Source of the DNA: a virus
Strand: one strand, 5' to 3'
IMG/VR virus record: IMGVR_UViG_3300048908_000031
DNA: 49,693 bases
The translations under genes were made by a program, and so were the position numbers. Positions within the stretch are counted from its first letter, which is position 1, and every line of letters begins with the position of its first letter. Shown in pieces: positions 15,283-22,561 of the stretch. The notes under the pieces are model-generated. The model had not been told where the DNA came from, searched no databases, and saw nothing but the letters and a program-made list of their open reading frames with translations.

Positions 15283-15300
15283 ACTCCGTAATTACGGACC
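15283..15300. promoter_or_regulatory. Operator-like inverted repeat, site A (ACTCCgtaattacGGACC; core TCCGTAATTACGGA is a perfect 14-bp palindrome)
   Basis: Lies 9 bp upstream of the first leftward gene. An additional GGACC-N4-GGTCC hairpin (15296-15309) abuts it, and a TTGACC -35-like hexamer is on the minus strand at 15310-15315. Confidence 0.6.
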
Positions 15301-15369
15301 TGCGGGTCCGGTCAAGGTCGATTCTTTCCCGCTGCAGCCTTTCTCAAAGCCGCACTGGTGAAAGGTGTT

Positions 15370-15404
15370 CCCAGGCCCGCTACTGGCGACGGCCTGGGTT
15401 TATT
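15370..15404 (+). terminator. Stable hairpin (CCCAGGCC-N13-GGCCTGGG) followed by TTTATT on the plus strand. It also directly follows the stop of a possible minus-strand small ORF.
   Basis: An 8-bp GC stem is read directly. The T-tract occurs only in the plus orientation, so function and orientation are uncertain. Confidence 0.4.
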
Positions 15405-15522
15405 GCGTAAGCGGTGTTGGCCAGTTGCCCGCTGCTGATTGCAGGTCTGGCCAGTCGTCTTCGTGGTGGGCTTCGAGCTTCCTACTCATGGCGTCAATCA
15501 GCATCTGTTCGCCATGGATCAC
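15400..15522 (-). CDS. Possible small acidic protein (40 aa, GTG start; 34 or 29 aa from internal ATGs)
   Basis: SD AAGGA lies 4 nt before the GTG. Product is VIHGEQMLIDAMSRKLEAHHEDDWPDLQSAAGNWPTPLTQ. The stop is immediately followed by the 15370-15398 hairpin. Confidence 0.3.
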   Translation of the reverse strand: MIHGEQMLIDAMSRKLEAHHEDDWPDLQSAAGNWPTPLTQ

Positions 15523-15618
15523 AGGTCCTTACAACATGCACGCTACAGCTCTGAATGCCCGATTTAGTGGGGCAGGGTGCATGAGGTCCGGCGTTCCCAG
15601 CCGAGGCTATCGGGATCG

Positions 15619-15792
15619 CTAATTCAAATCTGTTCGCCGCAACCCGCTACTGGCGTCGGTCACTGGCTTGAATCTTCTGTCATTCCAGTCGCGGGCCTTT
15701 CGGCTTGTCTCCCACTGGATAACGGGTTTTGGTGCTTTACGCTGCGCACCCAGGTCCGTTGCCAACCCTCTGAACTGTTGAGGCCGGTTCAT
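15619..15792 (-). CDS. Possible small basic protein (57 aa; 69 aa from TTG at 15828) in the position where CI normally sits
   Basis: Product is MNRPQQFRGLATDLGAQRKAPKPVIQWETSRKARDWNDRRFKPV... with a weak HTH-like GLATDLGAQRKA segment. Operator site B lies just upstream. The ORF has three AGA codons and only moderate GC3. Confidence 0.3.
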   Translation of the reverse strand: MNRPQQFRGLATDLGAQRKAPKPVIQWETSRKARDWNDRRFKPVTDASSGLRRTDLN

Positions 15793-15844
15793 CGCTGCCT
15801 TGAAGCTGGGCCGGTGGTTATCCGGCAAGGTCTGTTGCTGTCGA

Positions 15845-15862
15845 AGTCCGTATGTCTGGACT
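15845..15862. promoter_or_regulatory. Operator-like inverted repeat, site B (AGTCCgtatgtctGGACT, exact arms)
   Basis: Read directly; intergenic, within the regulatory region. Confidence 0.6.
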
Positions 15863-15957
15863 CGATGGATGTAAAGTTACATGCAGGCAAAAGAATGCGC
15901 AAGGGGTATTTCAAACATTTTTCGTAGCGCGTGAAATGAACCGGGCGCCGATATGGT

Positions 15958-15975
15958 AGTCCATCAAAAAGGACG
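15958..15975. promoter_or_regulatory. Operator-like inverted repeat, site H (AGTCCatcaaaaaGGACG)
   Basis: Abuts the -35 of the candidate rightward promoter. Its spacer is nearly identical to that of site G. Confidence 0.55.
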
Positions 15976-16005
15976 TTGCGCCGAGGGTTGCTTAAGGGCA
16001 ATAAT
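15976..16005 (+). promoter_or_regulatory. Candidate rightward early promoter (TTGCGC-18-AATAAT)
   Basis: The hexamers are read directly, about 30 bp upstream of the cro-like start codon. Confidence 0.4.
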
Positions 16006-16033
16006 CAGCCACCGACCAGAAAGGACTTACACA

Positions 16034-16264
16034 ATGGCTATTCGACATAAAGGCCTTTTGGCCTGGCTGAAAACGGCAACGGACGAAGAGATCCAGGAAG
16101 CTGGAGTTACTCGCGACCATTTGAAATTGATCGGCTATGGTTACCGCAAGGCATCGCCTGAAGTAGCAGCGGTAGCCGAGGTGGTCACCAAAGGCGTCGT
16201 CACCCGCAAGGAGCTGTTCCCCGACACCTGGGAGCGGATCTGGCCCGAGCTGAAAGCAGCATGA
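16034..16264 (+). CDS. Cro/YdaS-like HTH transcriptional regulator
   Basis: 76 aa from MAIRHKGLLAWLK with RBS AAAGGA. The C-terminal ...KGVVTRKELFPDTWERIWPEL is typical of the YdaS/Cro-like family. Confidence 0.65.
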   Translation: MAIRHKGLLAWLKTATDEEIQEAGVTRDHLKLIGYGYRKASPEVAAVAEVVTKGVVTRKELFPDTWERIWPELKAA

Positions 16265-16316
16265 AACACGAACCCGGGTAAATTCCCGGAATAAACCCAC
16301 TGACTAGGTAACCCCT

Positions 16317-16523
16317 ATGGCATACGATGACAAAATCCACCGGCATGACCGGCAAGTGAAGATCATGCTCAACACGGGCATCTTCGATGACCTTCGCGAC
16401 GTGGCCGTGGCCAACGGCCTGCAGCACAGCGTCCTCGCTCGCGAAGTGATCGAAGCCTTCCTCAAGGCTGTGGAAGAAACCGGCAAACTCCCCCTGGGCC
16501 TGGATCAAAGAAAACGCGCCTGA
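16317..16523 (+). CDS. Ribbon-helix-helix (CopG/Arc-like) DNA-binding protein
   Basis: VKIMLNTGIFDDLRDVAVANGLQHSVLAREVIEAFL shows a beta-strand followed by two helices. Confidence 0.5.
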   Translation: MAYDDKIHRHDRQVKIMLNTGIFDDLRDVAVANGLQHSVLAREVIEAFLKAVEETGKLPLGLDQRKRA

Positions 16524-16548
16524 TCACGTAATTAAGGACTAATACAAG

Positions 16549-16806
16549 ATGCCCGGAAAAAATGCAGTTGTGATGGACTTCAGCGCTTCTTCTCAGCAGA
16601 GACTGGAGCGCATAGCGTCAATGTTGGGCATTACCGTGGATGATCTGGCCGACGCGGCTCTGACCATCGGCCTACCGGGCATCAAGCAGGCGCTGCAAAG
16701 CGCCTGTGATACCAGCCCCGTGGAAAAGGTTCAGGTGGGTGGCGTGATGGCCAATGTGGTGTGTTTGTGGAGCAAGCAGCCTCTCGCCAGGGAGGCCAGT
16801 GGCTGA
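16549..16806 (+). CDS. Hypothetical protein (85 aa)
   Basis: ORF with an SD overlapping a half-operator (ATCACgtaattaaGGACT at 16523-16540). Confidence 0.5.
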   Translation: MPGKNAVVMDFSASSQQRLERIASMLGITVDDLADAALTIGLPGIKQALQSACDTSPVEKVQVGGVMANVVCLWSKQPLAREASG

Positions 16807-16812
16807 CCGCGA

Positions 16813-16830
16813 AGTCCGTAATTCTGGACT
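16813..16830. promoter_or_regulatory. Operator-like inverted repeat, site C (AGTCCgtaattctGGACT, exact arms)
   Basis: Intergenic, between the 16806 stop and the terminator at 16871-16900. Confidence 0.6.
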
Positions 16831-16870
16831 GGTAGACCGGCTACAGGAAAGATGCAAGAATCACCAGACG

Positions 16871-16900
16871 AAAAAAAGCCACCCGGCAAGGTGGCTTCTC
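16871..16900. terminator. Hairpin AGCCACC-cggcaa-GGTGGCT flanked by A7 upstream and TTCTC downstream
   Basis: The U-tract is much better for a minus-strand transcript (TTTTTTT) than for the plus strand. Confidence 0.5.
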
Positions 16901-16922
16901 AATAACGCAGTACAAATAAGGT

Positions 16923-17660
16923 TTGAAGATAATGGCATACCCTCAATCCGTCTGCAACACGGACAGCAATAGCGCGCCACAAAATGCGACAAACGCAAAC
17001 GTAGCGCGCAACATTTCCATGAGTAGCCGAGAAATCGCAGAGCTTGTCGGGAAGGATCATAAGCACGTTATTCGCGATATCCGCGCAATGCTGGATACCC
17101 TGGAAAAAGATGGCTCAAATCTGGACCATCAATTCAGCGAGTCGAAAGACCGTCGCGGCTACACGACAAAGTTCGACCTTGATCGCGACCTGACCGAAAC
17201 CCTGATCACCGGCTACAGCGTCACCCTTCGCTACCGGGTGATCATGCGGCTGCGCGAGCTTGAGTCCGCCCTGGCCGAGATTGCAGAATCCAAGGCCTCC
17301 CGCAATCGTGCCCGCCTTGAAGCCCCGCACCTGACCAAAGCCATCAAAATTCAGCGCCTCGCCATCGGCAAGGATCTGGCCCCCTACGTATTCAGCAATG
17401 AATTCGACTTGATCAACCGCACTGTCCTCGGCATGTCCTCGAAGCAGTACCGGGCCGCTCATGGCCTGGCCGCCAACGAACCTATCCGCGACACCCTGAC
17501 ACCCTGCCAAATCTTCGCTATCGAGCACATGCAGCGCCTCAACGCCTCGCTAATCGATATCGGCCTGCCCTTTGATCAACGCAAAGGGAAGTTGTGCCAA
17601 GTGTTCGTGCTTCAGCACCAGCGCGCATTGATTAGCGAAACTTTGAGGATTGAAGCATGA
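16923..17660 (+). CDS. Rha-family phage regulatory protein (antirepressor-like)
   Basis: ISMSSREIAELVGKDHKHVIRDIRAMLDTL is the characteristic Rha N-terminal domain. The start is uncertain (16923 or 16932). Confidence 0.8.
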   Translation: MKIMAYPQSVCNTDSNSAPQNATNANVARNISMSSREIAELVGKDHKHVIRDIRAMLDTLEKDGSNLDHQFSESKDRRGYTTKFDLDRDLTETLITGYSVTLRYRVIMRLRELESALAEIAESKASRNRARLEAPHLTKAIKIQRLAIGKDLAPYVFSNEFDLINRTVLGMSSKQYRAAHGLAANEPIRDTLTPCQIFAIEHMQRLNASLIDIGLPFDQRKGKLCQVFVLQHQRALISETLRIEA

Positions 17661-17935
17661 GCACTCTGGAAAATATCGGCCTGCTGGCCATCGACTACAC
17701 CAAAAAACTCGCAGCGCTTCGGACCGCCAAGCACGCCATCGTGGATCGCATGCGCCTGTTCGATAAGACCTACAACGACTATGAGCGCGTAGAGCGCCAC
17801 CATCCCCTGCACGAACAGCTCATGGTCTTCTGCTTCGACCAGTTCCATGCAAAGGACAAAGCCCGACAGGATGCGAACAGTGCCAAGCGTCGGCTTATGA
17901 CAGCTGTGTCTAGGCATGCGGAGGTGTCGGCATGA
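17657..17935 (+). CDS. Hypothetical protein (92 aa)
   Basis: ORF with ATGA overlaps at both ends. Confidence 0.5.
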   Translation: MSTLENIGLLAIDYTKKLAALRTAKHAIVDRMRLFDKTYNDYERVERHHPLHEQLMVFCFDQFHAKDKARQDANSAKRRLMTAVSRHAEVSA

Positions 17936-18921
17936 GCTGGCTCCATAACAAGCGCCCGATCGTGATCAGTGCCGACCTGGCATTGCATGTCGGGCTGAAC
18001 GAGGCAATCGTTCTACAGCAGCTCAACTACTGGCTTGAGAGTACGGATTCTGGTGTCGATCACGAAGGTGCGCGCTGGGTTTACAACACCCATGAGCAAT
18101 GGCGTGATCAGTTTCCGTTCTGGTCTGTCGACACAGTGAAACGCACATTCACATCCCTCAAGAAGCAGGACTTGATCCTCATCGCCCAGCTGTCCAAGGA
18201 CAAGCACGACCGGACCAATTACTACACCGTCAACCATGCCAAACTGGATGAAATGTACGCTGCAGCCCGCAGTTTTCCTCATCAGTGCAAAATGCCCTCA
18301 TCCAAGAGTGCAAAATCAGCTGATGGAAAAGTGCAAACTGCACCGGTCCAAGAGTGCAGTTTGCCCTCATCGATCGGGGCAACTTGCCCTGATGTTCATA
18401 CAGAGATTACAACAGAGACTACACCAGAGAGTCTGGCCGAGGGTGCGGCTGCGCCGACCCAGGCCGTCGCGGTGATTGCTGAGCCATCGAGCGTCCCCCG
18501 CCGCCCACTCCCAGCCGACATGCCTGGCCCTAAAGACCCCGAGTGCAAAACCTTCAAGGCCTGGGCCAACTACGCCTGTGCCTACCGCAACCGCTATCAG
18601 GCGTGGCCAGTGTGGAATGCCAAGGCCGGCGGCCAGCTCGGTCAACTGATCGCCCGCTTGGGGATTGAGAGCGCCCACCACGTCGCAGCCTTCTACCTGA
18701 CCGTCAATGACGCCTTCCTGATCCGCAAGTGTCACGACCTGGCCAGCCTGGTGCGTGACGCTGAGTCGTTCCACACTCAATGGACCACTGGCCGCCAAGT
18801 GAATGGCCGTGTTGCCAAGCAGATCGAGGACCGCCAGGCCAATCTGGTCGCCGGTGAAGACGCGGCACGCCGCATCATGGAGCGCCGGACTCAGGGGGGT
18901 GAGCGCAATGAATTCCTTTGA
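17932..18921 (+). CDS. Replication initiator (O-like / replisome organiser with an N-terminal winged helix)
   Basis: The N-terminus is ISADLALHVGLNEAIVLQQLNYWL...WVYNTHEQWRDQFPFWSVDTVKRTFTSLKKQDLI. An iteron array lies inside the linker-coding region. Confidence 0.65.
   Translation: MSWLHNKRPIVISADLALHVGLNEAIVLQQLNYWLESTDSGVDHEGARWVYNTHEQWRDQFPFWSVDTVKRTFTSLKKQDLILIAQLSKDKHDRTNYYTVNHAKLDEMYAAARSFPHQCKMPSSKSAKSADGKVQTAPVQECSLPSSIGATCPDVHTEITTETTPESLAEGAAAPTQAVAVIAEPSSVPRRPLPADMPGPKDPECKTFKAWANYACAYRNRYQAWPVWNAKAGGQLGQLIARLGIESAHHVAAFYLTVNDAFLIRKCHDLASLVRDAESFHTQWTTGRQVNGRVAKQIEDRQANLVAGEDAARRIMERRTQGGERNEFL
18284..18364. repeat. Putative origin iterons: four AGTGCA(A/G)(A/T)(A/T)-type repeats at an exact 23-bp spacing (18284, 18307, 18330, 18353)
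   Basis: The repeats read AGTGCAAAA, AGTGCAAAA, AGTGCAAAC and AGTGCAGTT. In addition, GCAAACTGCAC and GTGCAGTTTGC form an 11-bp inverted repeat, and tgccctcatc is duplicated. Confidence 0.6.
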
Positions 18922-19711
18922 GCCGATGACTGATGCGCAAATCGCCCGACTGGCCATGGCCATCTGCGCCACCGCTGAGACGCTGGGGCAGACCATCACC
19001 GGGCCTGCCGCTGAGCTGATGGCTGAAGACCTGGCCGACTACCCAGCCTCGATGGTGAGCGAGGCGCTGAAGGCCTGCCGCCGCGAACTTCAAGGCAAGC
19101 TGACCCTGGCCGCTATCCTGCAACGCATACAGGCGCAGGACGGGCGACCGGGCAAGGACGAAGCGTGGGGTATCGCCATGTCGCTCAATGACGAATCCGA
19201 TACCGTCATGACCACCTGGGAGATATCGATCGCCCTAGAGGCTGCCAGGGCCATTCTCGACAATGGCGACAAGGTTGGCGCCCGGATGGCGTTCATCAGC
19301 GCCTACGAGCGAATCGTCCATGAGGCGCGCTGCGAGGCGAAGCCGGTGGCGTGGGAGTTGTCGCTGGGCTTTGATCCGAAGCGCCGGGCCGTGGCCGTGG
19401 AGAAAGCGGTGAAGCTGCAACGCATCACCCAGGAGCGGGCACAGCTGTACCTGGCTGACCTGTCGATTGCGCCGATCAAGGCCGACGGCCTGGCCATCGC
19501 TGGGCTGATCACCGGCAACGCCTACATGCCGACCGACAAGTCGCGGAAGCGGATCGAGCAGCTGCGCGCCGACATGAAGAAATACAGGCAGGCCAGTGTT
19601 GACGAAAAGCTGGCCATCAAGATCGCTGCGGCAAACGACCTGGCTGAGCGCCGAGCGCTGTTGATGCAGCAGGCCGAGCAGTTAACCCAGTCCGAAGGAG
19701 TGGCGCCATGA
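18908..19711 (+). CDS. Hypothetical protein in the helicase-loader (lambda P-like) position
   Basis: 267 aa with RBS GGGGGTGAG, immediately downstream of the initiator. There is no Walker motif, so the assignment is positional only. Confidence 0.35.
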   Translation: MNSFEPMTDAQIARLAMAICATAETLGQTITGPAAELMAEDLADYPASMVSEALKACRRELQGKLTLAAILQRIQAQDGRPGKDEAWGIAMSLNDESDTVMTTWEISIALEAARAILDNGDKVGARMAFISAYERIVHEARCEAKPVAWELSLGFDPKRRAVAVEKAVKLQRITQERAQLYLADLSIAPIKADGLAIAGLITGNAYMPTDKSRKRIEQLRADMKKYRQASVDEKLAIKIAAANDLAERRALLMQQAEQLTQSEGVAP

Positions 19712-20178
19712 CTACTGAAAAGATGCGCGAAGGGTTTATCGACTGGCTGGCCGACGTGCACGGCCTTGAAAGCGAATGGCAGGAAGAGCGGAACTGCTTC
19801 AAGGATTTCCCTGCGCACTTGGCATTTCAGGCTTGGCAGGCCTCCCGCGCGGAACTGGTGATTGAGCTGCCGAACTTCAAGCCGAAAGTAGTCCGTGGGC
19901 TCGGCGGCGGGAAAGTGCAGTTTGGCGCCACAGCTCAGGGAGCGCTCAACGAGTGCATCTGCGTGCTGGAAATGGCCGGCCTGACGGTTAGGGTAGCGCC
20001 AAGGGAGGACCGTATTTTTATCCGAACTCCCCTGATGCTGGAGTGGGCCACGGCCTGCATGAAAGACATGCAGATCCTGTGGCGGAGCGGATACCCGTCA
20101 GTTGTCACCAGCATCAATGGCGGCTATTGCGACCTGACCGAAGTTGTGTATGCCAAGCAATCGAAGGTGACCCCATGA
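19708..20178 (+). CDS. Hypothetical protein (156 aa)
   Basis: ORF, ATGA-coupled. Confidence 0.5.
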   Translation: MTTEKMREGFIDWLADVHGLESEWQEERNCFKDFPAHLAFQAWQASRAELVIELPNFKPKVVRGLGGGKVQFGATAQGALNECICVLEMAGLTVRVAPREDRIFIRTPLMLEWATACMKDMQILWRSGYPSVVTSINGGYCDLTEVVYAKQSKVTP

Positions 20179-20324
20179 ACCTCCTAGTCATGTCCAGCAC
20201 TGGCCGTATGCAGTCCTCTTGGCTGAAGGTCAACCTGATCCGTATCGGCTTGTGGCGCCCGCAGATCTGCGATGACGCTACGTCGGATGGTCCGCACTGC
20301 AAGATTCGTTGGGGGATGAAATGA
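20175..20324 (+). CDS. Small hypothetical protein (49 aa)
   Basis: ATGA overlaps at both ends. Product is MNLLVMSSTGRMQSSWLKVNLIRIGLWRPQICDDATSDGPHCKIRWGMK. Confidence 0.35.
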   Translation: MNLLVMSSTGRMQSSWLKVNLIRIGLWRPQICDDATSDGPHCKIRWGMK

Positions 20325-20710
20325 TGAGTCAGATGATCGAAGTGAATACCGCCGAACTAACCGGGCAGGCGCTGAATTTTGCCGTAGCAATCTCAGACGG
20401 CTGGTCGTGGGATGGCCAGAAAGGCTATGACGGCTATATGGCGGCAGCTTGGCTTTCCAAGGATGGCACGAGAGAGCAATTTCAGAATTTTCGGTATTCA
20501 TGCAGCTGGCACTTGGTCGGACAATTGATCGAGAAGTACCGCCTGGCATGGCAGTACCTTGAAGAGGATGAGATTGAGGCGTGGGTTTTGGGAAAGTCAA
20601 AATCAACCGGCATGATTGGCGGCACCCAGATCATTGCTTCATGCCGAGCAATCGTGAAGCTAAAGCTCGGCGACACCGTTAAAGTCCCTGCCGAACTGGT
20701 GACGCCATGA
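20321..20710 (+). CDS. DUF2591 (NinX-like) family protein, paralogue 2
   Basis: NTAELTGQALNFAVA at the N-terminus and CRAIVKLKLGDTVKVPAELV at the C-terminus. Confidence 0.7.
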   Translation: MMSQMIEVNTAELTGQALNFAVAISDGWSWDGQKGYDGYMAAAWLSKDGTREQFQNFRYSCSWHLVGQLIEKYRLAWQYLEEDEIEAWVLGKSKSTGMIGGTQIIASCRAIVKLKLGDTVKVPAELVTP

Positions 20711-20883
20711 CCCCTCCCCAAGCAATGCAGGTCGCCCGCCTCCAGTCCCAAGGCTTCGCGCTGACCCAGGAACTCAAGGACGCCGTCAGGATGGCTCGCG
20801 GCGCTGACATTCGGATCGTGATGAGCGACGGCACGACTAAGCGTGGTCACCATGAGAGCAGGCCGCACAAGGAGAAAGTGTGA
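20707..20883 (+). CDS. Small hypothetical protein (58 aa), not in the ORF track
   Basis: Product is MTPPQAMQVARLQSQGFALTQELKDAVRMARGADIRIVMSDGTTKRGHHESRPHKEKV. It has an ATGA overlap upstream and a TGATG overlap downstream. Confidence 0.45.
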   Translation: MTPPQAMQVARLQSQGFALTQELKDAVRMARGADIRIVMSDGTTKRGHHESRPHKEKV

Positions 20884-21683
20884 TGGAACACATAAATTTG
20901 ATGCATGGAGACTGCCTGGAACTGATGAAAGCGGTACCGGACTGCAGTGTCGACATGATCTGTGCGGATCTTCCCTATGGAACAACGCAGTGCGCATGGG
21001 ACGTGATCATCGCCTTCGAACCACTCTGGCGCGAATACCTGCGGATCGCCAAGCCCGAGGCGGCCATCGTGCTGTGCGCGGCTCAACCGTTCGCCTCGAT
21101 GGTAGTGGCGAGCAACCCGAAGCACTACCGGTACGAGTGGATTTGGGAGAAGGGAAACGCCACCGGATTCCTGAATGCCAAGAAGCAGCCGTTGCGAGCG
21201 CATGAGAGCGCGCAAGTGTTCTACCGCAAGCAGCCGGTCTTCAATCCGCAGATGTCCACAGGGCACGAACGGAAAACCAGCAAGCGCAAGACGGTGAACT
21301 CCGAGTGCTACGGCAAGGCCTTGTCGCTCACTGAATACGACTCGACAGAGCGGTACCCGCGCTCGGTCCAGTTCTTCTCGAGCGACAAGCAGTCGGGATC
21401 GTTCCATCCAACGCAAAAGCCAGTGGCGTGGATGGAGTTCCTGATCAATACCTACAGCAACCCTGGCCAGACGGTCATGGATAACTCCATGGGGAGCGGT
21501 ACCACGGGTGTGGCTTGCGTGAATCTTGGCCGTAAATTCATCGGAATTGAGAAAGACCTCGACGAGCACGGGAACTCTCTCGGGTATATGGAAATCGCGA
21601 AAAAACGAATTAGTGATGCGATCGCCATTCGCGATACTCCGGTACCGCAACTCGATATGTTCAAGGCGGTGGCTCATGGCTGA
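20883..21683 (+). CDS. Beta-class N6-adenine/N4-cytosine DNA methyltransferase
   Basis: Motif IV variant CADLPYG, then FHPTQKP and the AdoMet motif VMDNSMGSGTTGVACVNLGRKFIGIEKD. Confidence 0.9.
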   Translation: MEHINLMHGDCLELMKAVPDCSVDMICADLPYGTTQCAWDVIIAFEPLWREYLRIAKPEAAIVLCAAQPFASMVVASNPKHYRYEWIWEKGNATGFLNAKKQPLRAHESAQVFYRKQPVFNPQMSTGHERKTSKRKTVNSECYGKALSLTEYDSTERYPRSVQFFSSDKQSGSFHPTQKPVAWMEFLINTYSNPGQTVMDNSMGSGTTGVACVNLGRKFIGIEKDLDEHGNSLGYMEIAKKRISDAIAIRDTPVPQLDMFKAVAHG

Positions 21684-22074
21684 ATTCGCCCTTAAAAACG
21701 CTACAGACCTAAACCGGCTCTGCGGCATCCTGCATGCGACGGATCTGACGAAGCCCAAGGTCGTCACGATCAAGGACGAGAAGCGCGCCGACGTGGCCAA
21801 TCGCAAGATGTGGGCAATGCTGCGCGACGTGGCCAATCAGGTCGAGTGGTACGGCCAGAAGCTGTCGGATGAGGACTGGAAGCACATTTTCAGCGCGTCC
21901 GTGGAGAAGCAGAGGGCAGTGCCGGGGCTGGACGGCGGGTTCGTCGTCATGGGCATTTCAACCCGCAAGCAGTCGGCCAAATGGTTCAGCGATCTGTTCG
22001 AGGTGATGCACGCCTTCGGGGCTGAGCGGGGCGTGCGCTGGACTGAGCCAGACCGATGGGGAGGCAGGTACTAA
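21676..22074 (+). CDS. ninB: NinB/Orf-family recombination protein
   Basis: TKPKVVTIKDEKRADVANRKMWAMLRDVANQVEWYGQKLSDEDWKHIFSA and GAERGVRWTE are colinear with lambda NinB as recalled. Confidence 0.85.
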   Translation: MAEFALKNATDLNRLCGILHATDLTKPKVVTIKDEKRADVANRKMWAMLRDVANQVEWYGQKLSDEDWKHIFSASVEKQRAVPGLDGGFVVMGISTRKQSAKWFSDLFEVMHAFGAERGVRWTEPDRWGGRY

Positions 22075-22099
22075 AATAGTTACCAATCGGCAAAAAATA

Positions 22100-22117
22100 A
22101 GTCCCTAACCACGGACT
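22100..22117. promoter_or_regulatory. Operator-like inverted repeat, site E (AGTCCctaaccacGGACT, exact arms)
   Basis: Occupies the -35 position, 6 nt upstream of a perfect TATAAT. Confidence 0.6.
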
Positions 22118-22123
22118 ATGCGC

Positions 22124-22129
22124 TATAAT
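22124..22129 (+). promoter_or_regulatory. Perfect TATAAT -10 hexamer with no recognisable -35
   Basis: Read directly, 34 nt upstream of the proposed start of the Ref-like gene. Confidence 0.4.
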
Positions 22130-22162
22130 CGCCTGACGAAAACGGACGTGAGGCAGGCGGTT

Positions 22163-22561
22163 ATGAAGGGCAGAACCAGATCGGCAGCCGAGAAACACCT
22201 ACATGACCAGCTCGCGTCTATCGGCTGCATTGCCTGTCGCGCCGATGGCGTCCGCAACACCGTAGTTTCAATCCATCACATCGACGGTCGCACGAAGCCG
22301 GGAGCGCACGAGCGCGTCTTACCCTTGTGCGCCGGTCACCATCAAGACGGCACCGGAGCACCGGGCCTGATCGCTGTTCACCCATGGAAGCGCCGATTCG
22401 AGGCGAAGTACGGCAGCCAGCTCGCGCTGCTGGAAGACTGCATGGAAATTCTGGCTGAGCAGGATCTTTGGTGTCACGACTGCCGACAATTCCACCCTTG
22501 GCCGCTGAAGCCTGATCAGCGACCTTTGCATTCAGACCACAGAGATAAGCGGAGTAAGTGA
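22163..22561 (+). CDS. Ref-like HNH recombination-enhancement nuclease
   Basis: GCIACR...SIHHIDGRTKPG...PLCAGHHQ...AVHPWKRRFEAKYGSQLALL matches the pattern of P1 Ref-family HNH proteins. The start is uncertain (22118 or 22163). Confidence 0.6.
   Translation: MKGRTRSAAEKHLHDQLASIGCIACRADGVRNTVVSIHHIDGRTKPGAHERVLPLCAGHHQDGTGAPGLIAVHPWKRRFEAKYGSQLALLEDCMEILAEQDLWCHDCRQFHPWPLKPDQRPLHSDHRDKRSK

Noticed and set aside
15297-15315. A confident leftward early promoter (TTGACC at 15310-15315 with TAATTA or ATTACG as the -10)
   Set aside because: The -35 is good, but every possible -10 has poor sequence or 14-15 nt spacing. It is therefore mentioned only as context for operator site A, not annotated as a promoter.
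15365-16001. Track ORFs 15365..15622(+), 15577..15927(+) and 15789..16001(-) in the control region
   Set aside because: They have no RBS, odd composition (Cys/Arg/Ser-rich) and overlap one another. The region is treated as largely non-coding. Only 15619..15792/15828(-) is kept, as a low-confidence candidate.
16034-16523. Reading the YdaS-like and RHH pair as a toxin-antitoxin module
   Set aside because: Both proteins look like DNA-binding regulators. No toxin-like partner is present, and the genes occupy the canonical cro/cII position next to the early promoter.
20847-21836. 329-aa minus-strand ORF
   Set aside because: It is antisense to the N6/N4 methyltransferase, whose motifs are unambiguous on the plus strand.
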